Source: Macrostomum lignano (taxonomy: Eukaryota). From it: 64,000 nt of DNA. A program made the position numbers and the translations under genes. Below are positions 60,401 through 64,000 of this stretch, one piece after another. The number at the start of each line of letters is the position of its first letter. Positions within the stretch are counted from its first letter, which is position 1. Under the pieces are notes generated by a model. That model made no database searches. It was not told the origin of the DNA and was given only the letters and a program-made list of their open reading frames with translations. Location: assembly GCA_002269645.1 (NCBI GenBank), contig NIVC01002145.1:136845-200844 (forward strand), in the 5' to 3' direction.

Positions 60401-60886
60401 TTGGTAAAGCCGGCCTGCGGTTAAGGATAAGGACAGTGTCCGGGTCGTGCTTAAGTTTTAGAAAAAGAACACATGCACAAGAAGTATAACAGCAAGTCTG
60501 CACTATTCAATAATAAAACTTGTACACACCTGAAACCTAGGCCCGGCTTTGATGACAACTCCAACTGTACATCCAGTACCTATACGATCCATAGAAGCCA
60601 CTGTGAGCCCATTGGACAACCGACCAATTAGAACGTTTTCGTTGTCCTTGGCGTACGCGGCAGCCGGTTTGGCCTGTTCGGCCATTGACTGCCAGTTGAA
60701 GCCTTCTGGCTGCACAGTCAGTGGAGTGTGCAGCAGAGGCGACTGGCGCCGATGAGAGTCGGACACAACCGTCGGCCGACCGGACGCGGTGGCGCTGGCC
60801 ACGCTAGCCGAAGCTGGCGGGCCCTGCAGAGGCGGCGGCCGGCCACCAGTCAGGGAGGTGATGAAGCGGGTCAAACGGGACGACAT
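57481..60886 (-). CDS. PMPCA: Mitochondrial processing peptidase alpha subunit; exons 60886-60530, 60414-60157, 59407-58745, 57852-57481; about 549 aa
   Basis: LSNGLTVAS, KAGPRFQ|AGFTKGVSHLVEKMSF, PEPILTDLLYSAAY, glycine-rich loop [45 protein letters not shown]. Confidence 0.96.
58005..58620. repeat. About 44-45-bp minisatellite, PMPCA intron 3
   Basis: gagaagtttgacaggacagttcaggggtggatttaagttaatcct and variants. Confidence 0.92.
59475..60110. repeat. 40-bp near-perfect minisatellite, PMPCA intron 2
   Basis: Tandem gatagacacgggaagggacaggtagcaatagcaagctgct. Confidence 0.97.
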
Positions 60887-62442
60887 GCTGCTACAAATAA
60901 TAATTCGAGCGGCAGAAATTGTCCATAAATAGATTCAAGATGAAAATTCTAAACTAAGTGGTTCAACAGCGTGTGCTTTAAATGAGACCGTGGATTATTA
61001 AATTCAACTTGCGTATAACTTATGTTAAAATAAAATTCCATTTGAGTGTTTGTACAATAAATTATTGAAGTTAATCTACGGAAGTCAGTGTACATCGGAG
61101 AGGGCATTTGTAGTGGTTGGGTAGGGAGTGAGTTCTTAAACTTATCGTGGGACTGCAAAAAGTCGGCTAATGTACATTGAGGGACGAGAATTGGGTAAGA
61201 GGTGTACATTGATAACGGTTAGACTGGAAACTCGTCTTTAAATTATTTGGGGCTTATCAGGAGCCAGCTTAATGTACATTGAGGGACGAGAATTGGGTAA
61301 GAGAAGGTGTACATTGATAGTGATAACGGTTTAGACTGGAAATTCGTGCTTAAATTATTGGGGGAGCGTGGTGTACATTGCGGGGACGAGAATTTTGTAT
61401 AAGTGTACATGAAAGTTCGTGAACTAATAAGACTAAATATTCTATAGTCATGCCGGTAGCTAGTGCAAGCAACACTGGAGTGAGCCCAAAAAATTAAGAG
61501 ATAACAAAACGAACCGATATTATATCTTGCCAATGACAATGTTCCATTTATTTATTCAACAGAAACTAACTGTTCGGCAATAAAATATTTCATAAACAAT
61601 GACACTGATCAAGCAAAAGGTTGAATGCGAAAAAAGTTTAACTTTCTGTTTAGAAAACGTAAAGCAACGTTTTCGATTTGGGAACGAACCTATGCAGTTG
61701 ACTACAAGATCAAAAGCCAGTAGCAGTTCACTTCAGGGAGAAACTATTAAAAAGCTGAGCGAGAGAAATTAAGTAACGCTTCGTATTACCAATCTTTTTG
61801 ACAACCCATAATTGCTTGCTTCTTGTTCTTCTACTGAAGCTTAAGATTCAATAACCCGATATTACAGACAATTCAACAATGAAATATGTTTTTTGGCATT
61901 TTAGACAAAATATTCTGGTCTAGCCGTTAGCATTCAAAAACAAGGACTACCTTTCAGTCCCCCCAGACACAGCAGGGCAGTCGGGTGGGGGGGGGACACA
62001 GCGCCCCAAAACCCATTCTACTTCGTAATGTACTGTAAATATTTGTGTACTTTTGACTATCACCCGAATGAGTGTGTGCATCAGTTACGTATCTCAGGGG
62101 TCAGAAAAGTGGGTGAGCTCAAACAAGCCAGCCGGTGCCTCTCTCTGCTGCCGCAAATCAAAGACAAGCAGTCATGTCCACTCCGCTGACCCCTGGGCAC
62201 GCATACGGATACGTATGCAGACGCACCACTCATACAAGGTGTACCTTCTCACCATTGGACGTGTACACTCTCTGTGCCTTGGGGTTGGCCCTCAAGGGTG
62301 TTAATTGCACGACAAGCTCCAGCCCCGAACCTGAGCTACCCAGAACAATGAAACCCATGCATGTAACAATTAAGGGTTGTAAAAAAAGTGGGTAAATTAG
62401 AATAAGAAGCGTCTCATAGTTAATTACACAATAGAAGGGGAA

Positions 62443-62890
62443 CTACACCCTAACCGACAGTTCATCCGGCGAAGGAGGCTCCGGCGGTTCCGGCACGGAG
62501 TCGGCCGCCGATCAACAACACCCCGGATCATATTGCCAGCCGGATCGATGGCAAAGTTAAAATCAACAATTGGCGAGTCCAAAATCGCCTCGATTTTAGC
62601 ATCTAAATTGCTTTCGTCAATAAAATCGCCAGCCTGTTCGAGGTCGCGTTTCAGTCGAGCTGGAAGCTGAGCACGGCAGCTTGGTCGGCCAGTTCGCTGT
62701 CCAGCTGCAGACGGTCGTGCTCATTGCGCAGCTCATCTAGTTGGCGTCGCATCTCATCTACGCGAAGCTCGGCGCTCCGAGCGTTCCAATCGGCGTTGAT
62801 TCGTTCGGCTTCGTCAACTTGGCGCTTGGTCTCGGCGCTGTCGGCCAGCTGGTCCTCTTGGCTGCCGAGCTTGTGCAGACCGTCGGAAGC
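62443..62890 (-). CDS. MRPS26: Last exon of a probable mitochondrial ribosomal protein S26; apparent 1-nt frameshifts near 62658 and possibly 62515; upstream exon(s) outside the window
   Basis: Acceptor tcag|GCT at 62890. WNARSAELRV…then, in a shifted frame, RLKRDLEQAGDFIDESNLDAKIEAILDSPIVDFNFAIDPAG, resembling the recalled MRPS26 C-terminus FITRENLEARVEAALDS..YNWAI..EG. Confidence 0.6.
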
Positions 62891-63119
62891 CTGACGTTGA
62901 ATGTTCAAATCTCATTTGATTCGTTCCGAATACGAAAAAATCACTTAAACTAAAGCAAAAGCACTCTTAGTCTTAAGCTTAATGTTATTAAAAAACTTTT
63001 GTTTAAACGATTACTCCACTCAGACACTTACATTAACTACATGTAGATGAAAAAACGGAGTGCCTAATTCTTTTTTTCAGTAGCTCCCTTGACTATATAT
63101 CCTTTCTTTCACAACAGCT

Positions 63120-64000
63120 GTGGCACCCCTTGTATTGGCACCTTATGTGCTGGCGCCCTTAATGCTGACACCCTTTGTGCTGGCGCCCTTAATGCTAGCG
63201 GCCCTTGTGTTGGCGCCTCTTGTGATGGCGCCCTAATGCTGGCGCTCCTTGTGCTGGCGCCCTTAATGCTGGCACTCCTTGTGTTGGCGCCCTTAATGCT
63301 GACACCCCTTGTGCTGGAGCCCTTAATGCTGGCGCTCCTTGTGTTGGCGCCCTTAATGCTGACACCCCTTGTGCTGGAGCCCTTAATGCTGGCGCTCCTT
63401 GTGTTGGCGCCCTTAATGCTGACACCCCTTGTGTTGGAGCCCTTAATGCTGGCGCTCCTTGTGTTGGCGCCCTTAATGCTGACACCCCTTGTGCTGGAGC
63501 CCTTAATGCTGGCGCTCCTTGTGTTGGCGCCCTTAATGCTGACACCCCTTGTGTTGGAGCCCTTAATGCTGGCGCTCCTTGTGTTGGCGCCCTTAATGCT
63601 GGCACTCCTTGTGTTGGCGCCCTTAATGCTGACACCCCTTGTGCTGGCGCCCTTAATGCTGGCACTCCTTGTGTTGGCGCCCTTAATGCTGGCACTCCTT
63701 GTGTTGGCGCCCTTAATGCTGACACCCCTTGTGCTGGCGCCCTTAATGCTGGCACTCCTTGTGTTGGCGCCCTTAATGCTGACACCCCTTGTGCTGGAGC
63801 CCTTAATGCTGGCGCTCCTTGTGTTGGCGCCCTTAATGCTGACCCCCTTGTGTTGGAGCCCTTAATGCTGGCGCTCCTTGTGTTGGCGCCCTTAATGCTG
63901 GCGCTCCTTGTGTTGGCGCCTTAATGCTGGCACTCCTTGTGTTGGCGCCTTAATGCTGGCACTCCTTGTGTTGGCGCCCTTAATGCTGGCACCCCTTGTT
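63120..64000. repeat. 30-bp minisatellite (runs off the window), probably intronic in the MRPS26-like gene
   Basis: Tandem gctggcgctccttgtgttggcgcccttaat / gctgacaccccttgtgctggagcccttaat. Confidence 0.95.

Noticed and set aside
1594-61539. Numerous antisense or alternative-frame ORFs overlapping GC-rich exons, and short AT-rich intergenic ORFs
   Set aside because: Expected shadows of GC-rich coding sequence or chance ORFs; no independent evidence.
63089-63865. Hydrophobic MLALLVLAPL-repeat ORF; likewise repeat ORFs at 3480-4087, 4379-4989, 11332-12115, 42026-42335, 47472-47711 and 59377-60127
   Set aside because: All are translations of tandem arrays.
3545-64000. CRISPR interpretation of the regular 20-45-bp repeats
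   Set aside because: Units are directly adjacent with no unique spacers, there are no cas genes, and the context is eukaryotic.

Overview
This is eukaryotic (animal) genomic DNA: GC-rich spliceosomal exons, with introns and spacers largely filled by about 24 different minisatellite families. That architecture resembles the flatworm Macrostomum (inference only). Plus strand: a SOCS6/7-type gene, then CDK5RAP1 (MiaB-type methylthiotransferase). The CDK5RAP1 3' end plus a downstream intronless EF-hand ORF and a dead P-element fragment is tandemly triplicated. Then come a truncated R1/LOA-like LINE inserted in a minisatellite, an intronless secreted PAN-like/LamG-like gene and a tRNA-derived SINE. 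Minus strand, co-oriented: MRPS26-like (partial), PMPCA, FHIP1 (FAM160A-type), RECQL5 and GTPBP4/NOG1. Most interesting signals: (1) six satellite-filled introns bounded by 6-9 nt direct repeats; (2) the same minisatellite families, with identical variant units, recurring in different introns and genes; (3) a TGTCA/TGACA core shared by many unrelated arrays; (4) a 3' splice acceptor just upstream of all eight start codons, suggesting SL trans-splicing and operons; (5) a mosaic triplication giving three alternative CDK5RAP1 terminal exons. Exon boundaries were derived by hand from splice signals, reading-frame phase and recalled homology; no database searches were run.
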